This document shows positions 10,404 to 19,883 of a stretch of 64,000 nt of DNA, one piece after another (within the stretch, counting starts at the first letter, position 1; each line of letters begins with the position of its first letter). Below the pieces are notes generated by a model. It was given only the letters and a program-made list of their open reading frames with translations. It did no database searches and had not been told where the DNA came from. The DNA comes from Acidobacteriota bacterium. GTDB lineage: Bacteria > Acidobacteriota > Terriglobia > Bryobacterales > Bryobacteraceae. The DNA is taken from the NCBI GenBank assembly GCA_016871055.1, contig VFZW01000001.1:2561-66560 (forward strand), in the 5' to 3' direction. The translations under genes were made by a program, and so were the position numbers.

Positions 10404-12768
10404 GTTCTGAACGTATCCGTTGTGTGGTTTTGACGACGATCAGCGCGCCGAGATACAGCAGGCCGCCGACAAGAAGGGTTTCGCGAAGTCCGAGGTAGAT
10501 GGCCAGGAAGATCGCTCCGCCTGAGCCGAGCACGCTCGACGCGGCGTTGAGTGACCACGCCCAGCGCACTGACGGATGATGGAATTTTTCGAGCCGTGCT
10601 AGACCCTGCGGAAACGGCATGCCCATCATAAAGCCCGCGGGCGCGATCAGGGCAATCGTCAGCAACGCCTTCACGCTAAGCGGAAGGCCGACGAGTGCGC
10701 CGGTTACCTTCGCGGCTACGATTGCAAGAATGATAACGAGCACGGCGACCGCGGCAAGCGCGCGCATCAACTTGCCGTCGTCGTTACCGATGAACCGGCT
10801 GCTCATGGCGCTTCCGAGGCCACTCGATACCAACATCGAAAAGACGATCACGGTAAGGGCGTAGGTGGGGTGTCCGAGGAAGAGCACGAATTTCTGAATC
10901 AGCGCGACTTGAATCAAGATGTAACCGACACCGATGCAGAGAAAGTACATGAGGAACTGCAGCACGCCTTTTTCGCGCGGCAGTTTGGTACCGAGCACAA
11001 GCGGTGGAAGGGCGAGTATGATCAGCGTTGCCAGAAGACTGACGCCGACGAGAGAGAACAGCATCGGCACGGCTCGATTGATTTTGTAATCGGCGCTGTC
11101 CTTGTTCATCGCCGTGATGAACTCCCAGAGATCGCGCGGCTGCACGGTGTAGAAAAAGAACGGGCGGTTGTCGTCGACCGGCGAGACGTCGAAGGGATAG
11201 TTTTCGAGCCACGCGTCCAGGTCTTTGGCGCGCAAGGCCTGGCCGAAGGCGTTCGTTGCGCCGGTGGTCGGAAGGCAGACGGTTTGCAATCGAGCGTCGG
11301 AGATGAATCGTTCGGCACGGTTGAGATCGTCGTCGGTGAAGGGCTTGCGGCTGATGAGGACCGTGTCGCGCGCGCCCCAGCCTTCAAGCTCCTGCTTGGA
11401 GCCTTCGCGGACAACCATGACGTGCTTCCAGGGTTCGTGCTCGCCGAGTTGCGCAAGCGCTTCGCGGGCGAGCGTTAGTAGACGAACGGATTCGCGCGGG
11501 GGCTCAAAACCCCAGCGGGTGATGGCGAGGACGCCGTCATCATTGAGATGCGAGAGGTAGTCGTAGAAGGCGTCGGTGGTGTAGAGATTGTTCTCAGAGA
11601 GAGCGAAGGCGCCGGCGGCGGTGGAGGCCCATGTATCGACGAGAGTAGCCTGCAGAACCGTGTACTTCTCCGTGCTTCGGCGCACAAAGCTGCGGCCGTC
11701 CTCGACTTCGATCTTGATGCCGGGGCGCTTGTAGAGGCCTTTGCTCATCCAGGCCATCTCCCCGCGCATCACGTTGTTGGCGATGATGGGGTTGATTTCG
11801 ACGCCGGTGATATCCTTGCTGCCAAGCGTAACGGCGCGGGCAACGTCCCAGCCGCCGCCTGGGCCGATGATCAGCGTCTTGGCGCCAGGCCGCATCTGAT
11901 ACGGGAACGACGGGCCTTGCAGCGTGAGATTTTCTTTCTGTCCGGGCGAGAGCGCTTCGAGAGGAAAATCGAAGATACCGGTGGAGGCGTCGGCGTCGAT
12001 AACGATTTGGATCTGGCCGCTCGATTTTTCCTTAACGACGGCTATGCGGGAGAACGTGTTCCACTTGACCATCATCTCGTTGGCGAGTTCCTGGCCTTTT
12101 GCGTAGCGCACGTCGATCCAGTGCTGTTTGGCATTAAGGACAACAAACGCAACAAGCGCGAGCGAAAAGGCAACCGATGCCGCGCGCGAAGTGCGGTTGC
12201 CGTCGAGGTTGTACCAGACGCTGGCGCCAGCGGCGAAGAGCACGGCCGCAGCCATGACGGTGTTAGGGCCTCCGACGTTGTTCAACAGGGGGATCAGCAG
12301 CAGGCAGCCGCCTGCCGCGCCGGCGAGATCAAAGAAGTAGACGCGGTCGATGCGCTCGATGGTCTCAGAGATGGCGAGAGACACGATCGCGCCGGCGAGG
12401 AAGAAAGGCAGCGCGCTGAAGAAATAGACGGCGGCGAGTGTCGTGTTCGACAGTTCCGTGCCGCGCGTAAGGATGAAATAGAGACTGGCGATGGGTACGA
12501 CGGCGTTGATCAGTGAGAGGCGCCCGAGTTTGGCGAAGAGCGTGCCGCGCTGCGCGGCGACGACGTAGGAAAAAACGCCGCCAGCGCCGAGGCCGAACAG
12601 GGCGATCGAAATGGCCAGAAACGCAAAGTGGTAGTAGAAAACCACCGAAAAAATGCGGGTCATCGCGAGTTCCAGCAACAGCGTGGCCATGGTGGTGATG
12701 GCAACGCCGAGGTAGACTTGCGGCCAGCTAATGGGCGAAGCGCCTTGCGCGGTCGTAATTCTCGACAA
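10393..12768 (-). CDS. Fused polytopic membrane / spermidine-synthase-like (aminopropyl- or methyltransferase fold) protein
   Basis: 791 aa. An N-terminal block of about 7 TM helices, a central IIGPGGGWDVARAVTLGSKDITGVEINP SAM/dcSAM-type Rossmann motif, and a C-terminal block of about 6 TM helices. TTG start at 12768. Confidence 0.7.
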   Translation of the reverse strand: MSRITTAQGASPISWPQVYLGVAITTMATLLLELAMTRIFSVVFYYHFAFLAISIALFGLGAGGVFSYVVAAQRGTLFAKLGRLSLINAVVPIASLYFILTRGTELSNTTLAAVYFFSALPFFLAGAIVSLAISETIERIDRVYFFDLAGAAGGCLLLIPLLNNVGGPNTVMAAAVLFAAGASVWYNLDGNRTSRAASVAFSLALVAFVVLNAKQHWIDVRYAKGQELANEMMVKWNTFSRIAVVKEKSSGQIQIVIDADASTGIFDFPLEALSPGQKENLTLQGPSFPYQMRPGAKTLIIGPGGGWDVARAVTLGSKDITGVEINPIIANNVMRGEMAWMSKGLYKRPGIKIEVEDGRSFVRRSTEKYTVLQATLVDTWASTAAGAFALSENNLYTTDAFYDYLSHLNDDGVLAITRWGFEPPRESVRLLTLAREALAQLGEHEPWKHVMVVREGSKQELEGWGARDTVLISRKPFTDDDLNRAERFISDARLQTVCLPTTGATNAFGQALRAKDLDAWLENYPFDVSPVDDNRPFFFYTVQPRDLWEFITAMNKDSADYKINRAVPMLFSLVGVSLLATLIILALPPLVLGTKLPREKGVLQFLMYFLCIGVGYILIQVALIQKFVLFLGHPTYALTVIVFSMLVSSGLGSAMSSRFIGNDDGKLMRALAAVAVLVIILAIVAAKVTGALVGLPLSVKALLTIALIAPAGFMMGMPFPQGLARLEKFHHPSVRWAWSLNAASSVLGSGGAIFLAIYLGLRETLLVGGLLYLGALIVVKTTQRIRSEHVA

Positions 12769-12795
12769 GTACCTATGTTAAATGATGGAGGGCGG

Positions 12796-12840
12796 GCGGT
12801 GCTCGATTCCTGCTGGAATTCCGGCCAAGATGAGCACCGC
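12796..12840. other. Perfect 9-bp stem / 27-nt loop hairpin in the largest non-coding gap
   Basis: GCGGTGCTC (12796-12804) pairs with GAGCACCGC (12832-12840). The loop contains the palindrome GGAATTCC. No adjacent T/A run, so it is not a classical intrinsic terminator. Confidence 0.3.
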
Positions 12841-13073
12841 AGTCCTCGTTCCCTTTGCTGAGTATTTGCCCCAACTGCGAATACATCGAAGGCCGTTTAG
12901 TGAAGCGCTAAGTGGGTGAGATTGGACATGGCGATGCACAGGGCCGGACGTACGCATTTACTGATTTCAGGCGCGCGGAGACATCCCCGAAAGATGGCCT
13001 GCTTCGGAATTTGGCAGGGGATCTTACCGTGCCCTTAAGCGCAGTTTTTGCCGAAGCGTAGCACGCAGTCCGG

Positions 13074-13628
13074 TTAGCGAATCAACGACAGGAACTCGTC
13101 GCGGGTTTCCTTGCGCTCGCGGAAACAGCCGATCATCGAACTGGTGACCGTTCCCGAATGCTGTTTCTCGACGCCCCGCATCATCATGCAGAAGTGCTGC
13201 GCTTCGCAAGTTACGGCGACGCCCTTGGGCTTCAAGGTCTCCATCAGAGTTTCGGCGACTTGCTGCGTCAGGCGTTCCTGCACCTGCAGTCGTCTTGCGA
13301 GAGCGTCGACGATGCGGGGAATTTTGCTGAGTCCGATGACCTTTCCGTTCGGGATGTAGGCGACATGCATCTTGCCGAAGAATGGCAGCATGTGGTGCTC
13401 GCACAAGCTGTAGAACTCGATGTCCTTGACGATTACCATTTCGTCGTAGTCGACGGTGAACAGCGCCCCGTTGACGAGTTTGTCGATGTCGATGGAATAC
13501 CCGCTAGTAAGGAACCGCATCGCCTTGTCGACACGTTCGGGCGTTCGGACGAGCCCTTCTCGATCAGGGTCTTCACCGAGTTCGGATAGGATGCCGCGGA
13601 TTGCACCGGCGATGTTTTGCTCACTCAT
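13074..13628 (-). CDS. folE: GTP cyclohydrolase I (type 1)
   Basis: [33 protein letters not shown]..., [28 protein letters not shown]. Start trimmed to the ATG at 13628 within ORF 13074-13955. Confidence 0.95.
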   Translation of the reverse strand: MSEQNIAGAIRGILSELGEDPDREGLVRTPERVDKAMRFLTSGYSIDIDKLVNGALFTVDYDEMVIVKDIEFYSLCEHHMLPFFGKMHVAYIPNGKVIGLSKIPRIVDALARRLQVQERLTQQVAETLMETLKPKGVAVTCEAQHFCMMMRGVEKQHSGTVTSSMIGCFRERKETRDEFLSLIR

Positions 13629-14050
13629 ACATGAAAGTTGATGACATCCAGTTCGATCACGTTGCGTTTTGTTTCTTCCACGCGGATATGCGCGAGTCTC
13701 GGCTGCGTCCACGGCCAGGCGGCCTGCAGGCGGCGCTCGATGACGAACGCGATGTTCTCGGCGGTCGCCGGCACTTCCCGCAGCGGCTCGACATCCATGT
13801 TGATGTAGGTGTGATCGAACAGTGCGATGATTTCGCGGTAGACGAATTCGTCTAGCTTTCCCTGGTCGACGGCCACGCCAGTAGAAGCGTCGATGGGGCC
13901 TTCGACGGTGACTCCCAAAACGTAGTTGTGCCCGTGGCCGTGCGGGTTGTTGCATTTGCCGAAGAGCCGTTGATTCTCCTCGTCACTGCGGTTGGCGAGG
14001 TGAAGCCGGTGCGACGCGCTGAAGCGGTAGTTACGTGTAACGCGGACCAT
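13625..14050 (-). CDS. 6-pyruvoyl-tetrahydropterin synthase family protein (C-x5-HGH type)
   Basis: [16 protein letters not shown]...[13 protein letters not shown]: zinc-ligand histidines plus the Cys six residues before HGH. ATGA overlap with the folE start. Confidence 0.85.
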   Translation of the reverse strand: MVRVTRNYRFSASHRLHLANRSDEENQRLFGKCNNPHGHGHNYVLGVTVEGPIDASTGVAVDQGKLDEFVYREIIALFDHTYINMDVEPLREVPATAENIAFVIERRLQAAWPWTQPRLAHIRVEETKRNVIELDVINFHV

Positions 14051-14051
14051 G

Positions 14052-14462
14052 TTAGCCGCCGTAGTAGTCGACAAAAGTGTCTTCCGTCTCGTAGAGACGG
14101 ACGCTGTGGAGGCGCGCGCGGCCGTCGGCGAAGTGCGGCGCGAGACGGCGCCAGATTTCGAGCGTGACGTTTTCCGTTGTGGGGATCACCTTGTCGAAGG
14201 GTGGGACTTCGAAGTTGAGATGGCGGTGGTCCATGGGGTCGACGACCTCGCGGAGCATGACGTCCTTCAGATCCTTGAGATCGAAGATCATTCCGGTCTC
14301 GGGATCGGGATCGCCCTTCAGAGTGACCTCGAGAACGTAGTTGTGGCCATGGCCGTTCGCGTTGGCGCCCGGACCGTAGAGAGACTGATTCTCTTGGGCC
14401 GAGAGTTTTTCGTTACGGCAGATGTGAGATGCGGAGAATTCGGCGCGACGGGAGATGTACAA
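14052..14462 (-). CDS. 6-pyruvoyl-tetrahydropterin synthase / QueD-family paralog lacking the canonical catalytic Cys position
   Basis: MYISRRAEFSASHICRNEKL...GPGANANGHGHNY. The His triad is conserved. Gly replaces the Cys of the downstream paralog, and a different Cys follows the first His. Confidence 0.8.
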   Translation of the reverse strand: MYISRRAEFSASHICRNEKLSAQENQSLYGPGANANGHGHNYVLEVTLKGDPDPETGMIFDLKDLKDVMLREVVDPMDHRHLNFEVPPFDKVIPTTENVTLEIWRRLAPHFADGRARLHSVRLYETEDTFVDYYGG

Positions 14463-14487
14463 GGTGATTCAGTACAATTATAAGGGA

Positions 14488-15003
14488 ATGAGTATAGACA
14501 AGGCTTTGCGATTGAGCTTGGTCGTGCTGACATGCGCGCTGGTGGCGGTGGTTGGCAGCACGCTGCGGGACCGCATTGTGAACGCGGGCGACTCGGCGCC
14601 CGATTTTTCGGTGACTACGGCGAGCGGCAAGAAGATCTCGCTCGATTCGTTCGGCGGCAAGGTGCTAGTGCTTAATTTCTGGGCGACTTGGTGCCCGCCG
14701 TGCCTGTCGGAATTGCCGTCGTTGAACGAGATGGCGTCGACTTTGAAGAACGACGGCGTGGTCGTCCTCGGTATCAGCGTCGACCAGAAAAAAGACGACT
14801 ACGAGAAGTTCTTGAAGAAGGTCACCTTAAACTTTGAAGCGGCGCACGACCCGTCGGCCGATATCAGCGTGGAGTACGGGACGTTTAAGTATCCGGAGAC
14901 CTACGTCATCGACCGCAACGGTAAAGTGCTCGAAAAATTCATCGCCGACCGCGACTGGATGGACCCGCAGATCATCGCGCGCCTGAAGGGATACGCAAAA
15001 TGA
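14488..15003 (+). CDS. TlpA/ResA-like periplasmic thiol:disulfide oxidoreductase
   Basis: N-terminal membrane anchor/signal, FWATWCPPCLSELP thioredoxin CxxC motif. ATG at 14488 chosen over 14455 to avoid overlapping the divergent gene. Confidence 0.85.
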   Translation: MSIDKALRLSLVVLTCALVAVVGSTLRDRIVNAGDSAPDFSVTTASGKKISLDSFGGKVLVLNFWATWCPPCLSELPSLNEMASTLKNDGVVVLGISVDQKKDDYEKFLKKVTLNFEAAHDPSADISVEYGTFKYPETYVIDRNGKVLEKFIADRDWMDPQIIARLKGYAK

Positions 15004-16430
15004 TCGATCCGGATGTGAAGCTCTGGCTGGTGTCGATCGCCGGCCCCGGCAACGTGTTGGACAGCGAGAGCGACTTGCGGCTGTATGAGTACGACGGCAG
15101 CGTCGACAAGCACCGGCCCGAAGTCGTCGTCTTCCCGAAGACCACCGAGCAGGTCGTCAAGATTGTGAACCTGGCGCGCGAACGCGGGATTCCGTTTGTC
15201 GGCCGAGGCGCGGGCACGGGATTAAGCGGTGGCGTGATTCCGCGAGCGGGCGGCATCATGATTTCGTTCGCGCGGATGAACCGAATCGTTGAGATCGATT
15301 TGGAGAACGAGCGAATCGTCGTCGAACCGGGCGTCGTCAATTTGGATGTGACGCTGGCGGTGCAGAATCAGAAGTATTTCTATGCGCCGGACCCGTCGAG
15401 CCAGCGCGCCTGCACGATCGGCGGCAACGTCGCCGAGAACGCCGGCGGGCCGCACACGCTGGCCTACGGCGTGACGACCAATCACGTATTGGGCATCGAA
15501 GCCGTGTTGCCGGATGGCAGCGTCATCCAATGCGGCGGCAAAGGCCAGGACACGCCGGGTTATGATCTGGTCGGCTTGCTGACGGGATCGGAAGGCACGA
15601 TGGTGCTGGTGACGAAAGTGATCCTCCGCTTAATGCGCCAGCCGGAGTTGGTGAAGACGACGTTGGCGATTTTCAATTCGGCCGATGACGCCGGACGGAC
15701 CGTTGCCGAGATCACCGCGCGGGCGATTACGCCCGTCGCTGTCGAGATGCTCGACGGCGTAATGCTGCGCATGGTGGAGGAGGCGACGCACGCGGGCTAT
15801 CCGTTGGACGCAGCCGCGGTGTTGTTGATCGAGCTCGAAGGACTGAAGGAAGCTGTCGAGGAACAGGTCGAGCAGGTTCGCGACGCCTGTATGGCTTGCG
15901 GCGCGCGCGAGTTTCGCATCGCCAAAGACCAGGCCGAGCGCGACCTGTTGTGGAAGGGCCGCAAGAACGCCTTCGGGGCGGTCGGCCGGTTGAGTCCGTC
16001 CTACTATGTGCAGGATGGCGTTGTGCCGCGGACAAGCATTGCCGAGACGCTGCGCTACATCGCCGAGGTCAGTGAAAAGTACGGGCTGATCATCAGCAAC
16101 ATCTTTCACGCCGGCGACGGCAACATGCACCCGATCATTCTGTTCGACGCGCGCAAGCCGGGCGAGTTGGAGCGTGCGCAAAAGGCCGGAGAGGCGATTC
16201 TGTCGTTCTGCGTATCGGTGGGTGGTTCGATCACCGGTGAGCACGGCGTCGGCATGGAAAAGATGGAGCTGATGTCGGAGTTGTTTACCTCCGAAACGCT
16301 CGACATGATCGGGCGCTTTAAGAACCTGTTCGATCCGACGTGTCTGTTGAATCCGGGCAAAGTGCTGCCGACGGGCCGCGGTTGCATGGAGATCCGACAG
16401 AAGCCGTTGACGGCGGCGAATACCCTGTAA
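15000..16430 (+). CDS. FAD-linked oxidase (GlcD / D-lactate dehydrogenase family)
   Basis: 476 aa. FAD PCMH-type domain (VVFPKTTEQVVKIVNLARERGIPFVGRGAGTGLSGG), C-terminal GSITGEHGVG. Confidence 0.85.
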   Translation: MIDPDVKLWLVSIAGPGNVLDSESDLRLYEYDGSVDKHRPEVVVFPKTTEQVVKIVNLARERGIPFVGRGAGTGLSGGVIPRAGGIMISFARMNRIVEIDLENERIVVEPGVVNLDVTLAVQNQKYFYAPDPSSQRACTIGGNVAENAGGPHTLAYGVTTNHVLGIEAVLPDGSVIQCGGKGQDTPGYDLVGLLTGSEGTMVLVTKVILRLMRQPELVKTTLAIFNSADDAGRTVAEITARAITPVAVEMLDGVMLRMVEEATHAGYPLDAAAVLLIELEGLKEAVEEQVEQVRDACMACGAREFRIAKDQAERDLLWKGRKNAFGAVGRLSPSYYVQDGVVPRTSIAETLRYIAEVSEKYGLIISNIFHAGDGNMHPIILFDARKPGELERAQKAGEAILSFCVSVGGSITGEHGVGMEKMELMSELFTSETLDMIGRFKNLFDPTCLLNPGKVLPTGRGCMEIRQKPLTAANTL

Positions 16431-16503
16431 ATCCGATTGACGAAGACTGGCGCAAGCGGATACCCTGTTGAAATCTGAATTTTCTGACTCGCGAGGTCTC
16501 GCT

Positions 16504-19500
16504 ATGTTTCGTCTTGTTTTGCTTTTCGCATGCTTGTTGGCCTACGGCCAGCAGTCAACCGGCGTGATTACAGGACACGTGACCGATTCACAAGACGCCG
16601 CCGGGCCGGGCGCGAAGGTCGAGGTTTTCCATGTGGAAACGGGCGCGACGTTTCGCACCGAGTCGAACGGGCAGGGTATTTACAACGCACCCGGCATGGC
16701 CGTTGGACGGTACGAGGTGCGGGCGGAACGCGCTGGTTTCAAGCGTGCCGTGCGTTCCGGCATTACGCTGCAGGTGAATCAGACCGCGCAGGTCAATCTG
16801 GTATTGCAAGTCGGCCAGCTTGCCGAGACGATTGAAGTGAAGGGCGAGGCGTCGCTGGTCGATACCGGTTCGGCGACCGTGGGCACCGTTATCGACAATC
16901 ACCAAGTCCAGTCGCTGCCTCTGAATGGGCGTGGGGCACTGGCGTTGTCGCTGCTGACGCCGGGCGTGCTCTAGAACGCGGGACCGACCAACTCGGGCTT
17001 CGGCGATCGCGGTATTGCGCTTTCGCCGCTGTCGATTAACGGCTCACCCAATTCGATGAACGCGCAGATGCTCGATGGCAACAACAACATCCTGTAGTAC
17101 GTCGGCAAGGCGGGAATTCCGCCCGCGGTCGATGCCGTCGAAGAGTTCAAGGTGCAGAGCGGAACGATGTCGGCCGAGTTCGGATTCACCGCGGGCGGCG
17201 CGATCAATCTTGTGACCAAGTCCGGGACCAACAGCTTCCGCGGTACGCTCTGCGAGTTTCTCCGCAACGACAAATTCGACGCGCGCAATGCGTATGCGAT
17301 CAGCAAGCTGCCCTTCCGGCATAACCAATTCGGCGGCACCGCCGGCGGTGCGTTCATCAAGAATCGAACGTTCGGTTTTTACAATTACGAAGCGTACAAG
17401 ATGCGCCGATCGAATCCCCGCATCGCGACGGTTCCGCTGGAGGCGTGGCGTAACGGCGACTTCTCGACGCTAGCAAATGCGAACGGTGTGCGGCAAACCG
17501 TCTACGATCCGTTGACTACGCGCACGAATCCGGCGGGCGCGGGCCTGGTACGCGAGATTTTTCCGGGCAATGTTGTGCCGCGAAGCCGATTCGATCCCAT
17601 TACGCCGAAGATACTGGCATTCTGGCCACTGCCCAATCGGGCGCCGCTCAACCAGTTCACGCAGACGAATAACTTCCAAGACTCGCCGCGATCGATCATC
17701 GACTGGAACCAGACGAACTGGAAGATCGACCACCGCTTCAGCGACCGAAATTCGCTGTTTGTCCGATACACGCTGGCGCAACACGCACCGTCGTCGAACT
17801 CGTTCTTCCTCGAACCCACTGTCGGCGCCAACCGAGTCGACGATCAGACAAATCGGAATGCCGTCGTGAGCGACACTCATACGTTTTCGCCGACGCTGAT
17901 CAACAGCTTGCGCGTGGGCATCATGCGCCAGAGCTTCGTATTTCAAGCGATTAACGCCGGGCAAAACTGGCCGTCGAAACTTGGATTACCGGCGATCGTA
18001 CCGCAAGACCAGATGCCGGAAATTTCGTTTGGATACGGCACGATCGGCGGCGGCGCGGCGGGCAATCGGGGGTCGTTGAACTGGGACATCCAGAACATGA
18101 TGACCAAGATCAGGGGCGCGCACGCGGTGAAGTTCGGCTACAACCATCGCATCCTGCAAGGCGGGAACCGGCAGGGCTCGGCACTGAGTGGCAGCTTCGC
18201 TTTTGGCGGTTTGACGGGCAATCCGCAATCGCCTCCGGGGACGGGTTCGGACTTCGAGAAATTTCTACTGGGCGAAGTGAGCTCGGCACGTATCGACTTC
18301 ATTATCGGCAATTCGTGGCACGCTTATGCGGCAAGCTTCTTTGTGCAGGACGATTGGATAGTATCGCGGCGGCTGAACCTTAACATCGGCTTGCGTTACG
18401 ACTTTCAACAAGAGCCGTACGAGCGGCACAACGGCCAGATCAACTTCGATTTGAATCAGCGGGAGCCGATCACGGGCCTTCCCGGCGTAACGGTCTACGC
18501 TGGGCGCAACGGCCAACCGCGGTCGTTCTACAACGAGGATCATAACGACTTCGGCCCTCGTTTCGGCTTCGCTTACGACATCTTCGGCACGGGCAAAACC
18601 GTGCTGCGCGGTGGCTACGGGATTTTCTATCCGGCGATTTTCTATCGCCAATTCCTGGGGTCGACGCAGTTGTTTTCAACGACCCGAACCCCATACATCG
18701 GGCAAGGTCCGGGACAGCGCTCGTTCCTGTTTAAGGATGGATCCCGACCGCCCCGCTGCGCGCTCCGGGCGCGTCGGCGGGCCCAAGCGCTCTGCTCGGC
18801 CAAGGTGTCGCGATTCGCGAGAGTTTCCCCGCGACTCCGATGTCGCAGCAGTGGGACATGTCGCTCCAGCAGCAGGTCGGCAACTGGCTAGTCGACGTGA
18901 CTTACTCGGCAAACAAGGGCACTCACTTTGCGGCCAACGGCTACAACCTGAATCAAGTGAGGTCCGAGACACGGCTGGAGTTGGGGCTTCGTTTGAGCGA
19001 TCCAGTGCCGAATCCACTGGCGGGCAAAGTACCGGGCGGCCTCGGCGCGGCAATGGTCACGCGCGAGCGCACACTGCAGCCCTATCCGCACTATAACGGA
19101 GTGTCGATTTCGAACCCGCGTTTCGGCAACTTCATGTCGCACTTGCTGTTGATCAACGTCAAGCGCCGGTTTGATCGGGGCTTGTTGGTCAACTTCTCCT
19201 TCACCGGCGGCAAGAAGATGTCGGACTCGACGACCGTGCCCGTCGACTTCGGGCCGGTTGAACAGACCAACGAAAACGGTTTCCAGGACGGCCTGTACAA
19301 TCGCCGCAATGACCGGTCTGTCGACCCCGCCGACGTTTCCAAGCGTGGCGTCTTGACGTTGATCTACGAATTGCCGTTCGGTCCCGGGCGCAAGTTTGCA
19401 AACTCGAATGGCGCGCTTGGCAAGGTAGTCGGCGGCTGGCAGTTGAATTTGATCAACGTTGCGCAGGCAGGCATTCCGTTGACGGTCCGCGGTGCGAGCA

Positions 19501-19883
19501 ACTTTCAAGCCGACCGCCCGAACTCGACTGGCTTGAGCGCGAAGATCGACAACCCGACCGCCCGGCGCTGGTTCAATACCGATGTGTTTGTGAACCCGCC
19601 GATCTGAACTTTCGGCAACGTCGGCCGAACGATCCCCGATGTTCGCCATCCGGGTGCGTTCAACATCGATTTTTCGATGATCAAGGACACGCAGATCACC
19701 GAACGCATCAAGCTTCAGTTCCGCGCCGAGGTGTTTAACCTGACCAACAAAGTCAACCTTGGCCTGGTTAACGACACCTTCGCGCCAGGGCCTGATGGCC
19801 GGAATGCGAGCGCGGCATTCGGAACGGTGAACTCCTCGCGCGATGCGCGCGTTGGGCAGTTGGCACTGAAGCTCTATTTCTGA
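16504..19883 (+). pseudogene. TonB-dependent outer-membrane receptor with CarboxypepD_reg N-domain, inactivated by three in-frame stops and one frameshift
   Basis: Four consecutive ORF fragments are colinear with the intact paralog at 37346-40732. In-frame TAG at 16972-16974 and 17095-17097. Frame 1 changes to frame 0 near 18736-18745 (FLFKDG | IPTAPLRAPG). In-frame TGA at 19605-19607. The C-terminal ...RVGQLALKLYF barrel end is preserved. Confidence 0.85.

Noticed and set aside
16972-17097. Three of the in-frame stops in this window are TAG (16972, 17095, 57772), so I considered amber recoding such as pyrrolysine or suppression.
   Set aside because: TAG is used as the ordinary terminator of many intact genes here (MFS at 4231, pta at 4628, the SET gene at 7241, copA at 9576, the GT2 gene at 20645). 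There is no pylTSBCD-like gene. The same pseudogene also carries a TGA and a frameshift. Nonsense mutations are the simpler explanation.
19101-19120. A T-loop-like string on the minus strand (GGTTCGAAATC) that hints at a tRNA.
   Set aside because: It lies inside the coding frame (GVSISNPRFGN) of the receptor pseudogene. I could not build flanking acceptor or anticodon stems. No other tRNA-like signature was found in the intergenic regions.
19605-19607. The in-frame TGA in the TonB-dependent receptor as a possible selenocysteine codon.
   Set aside because: The position falls in a beta-barrel motif (..P.xTFGN..), where homologs have an ordinary residue. I noticed no SECIS-like hairpin downstream, and the gene has three other lesions.
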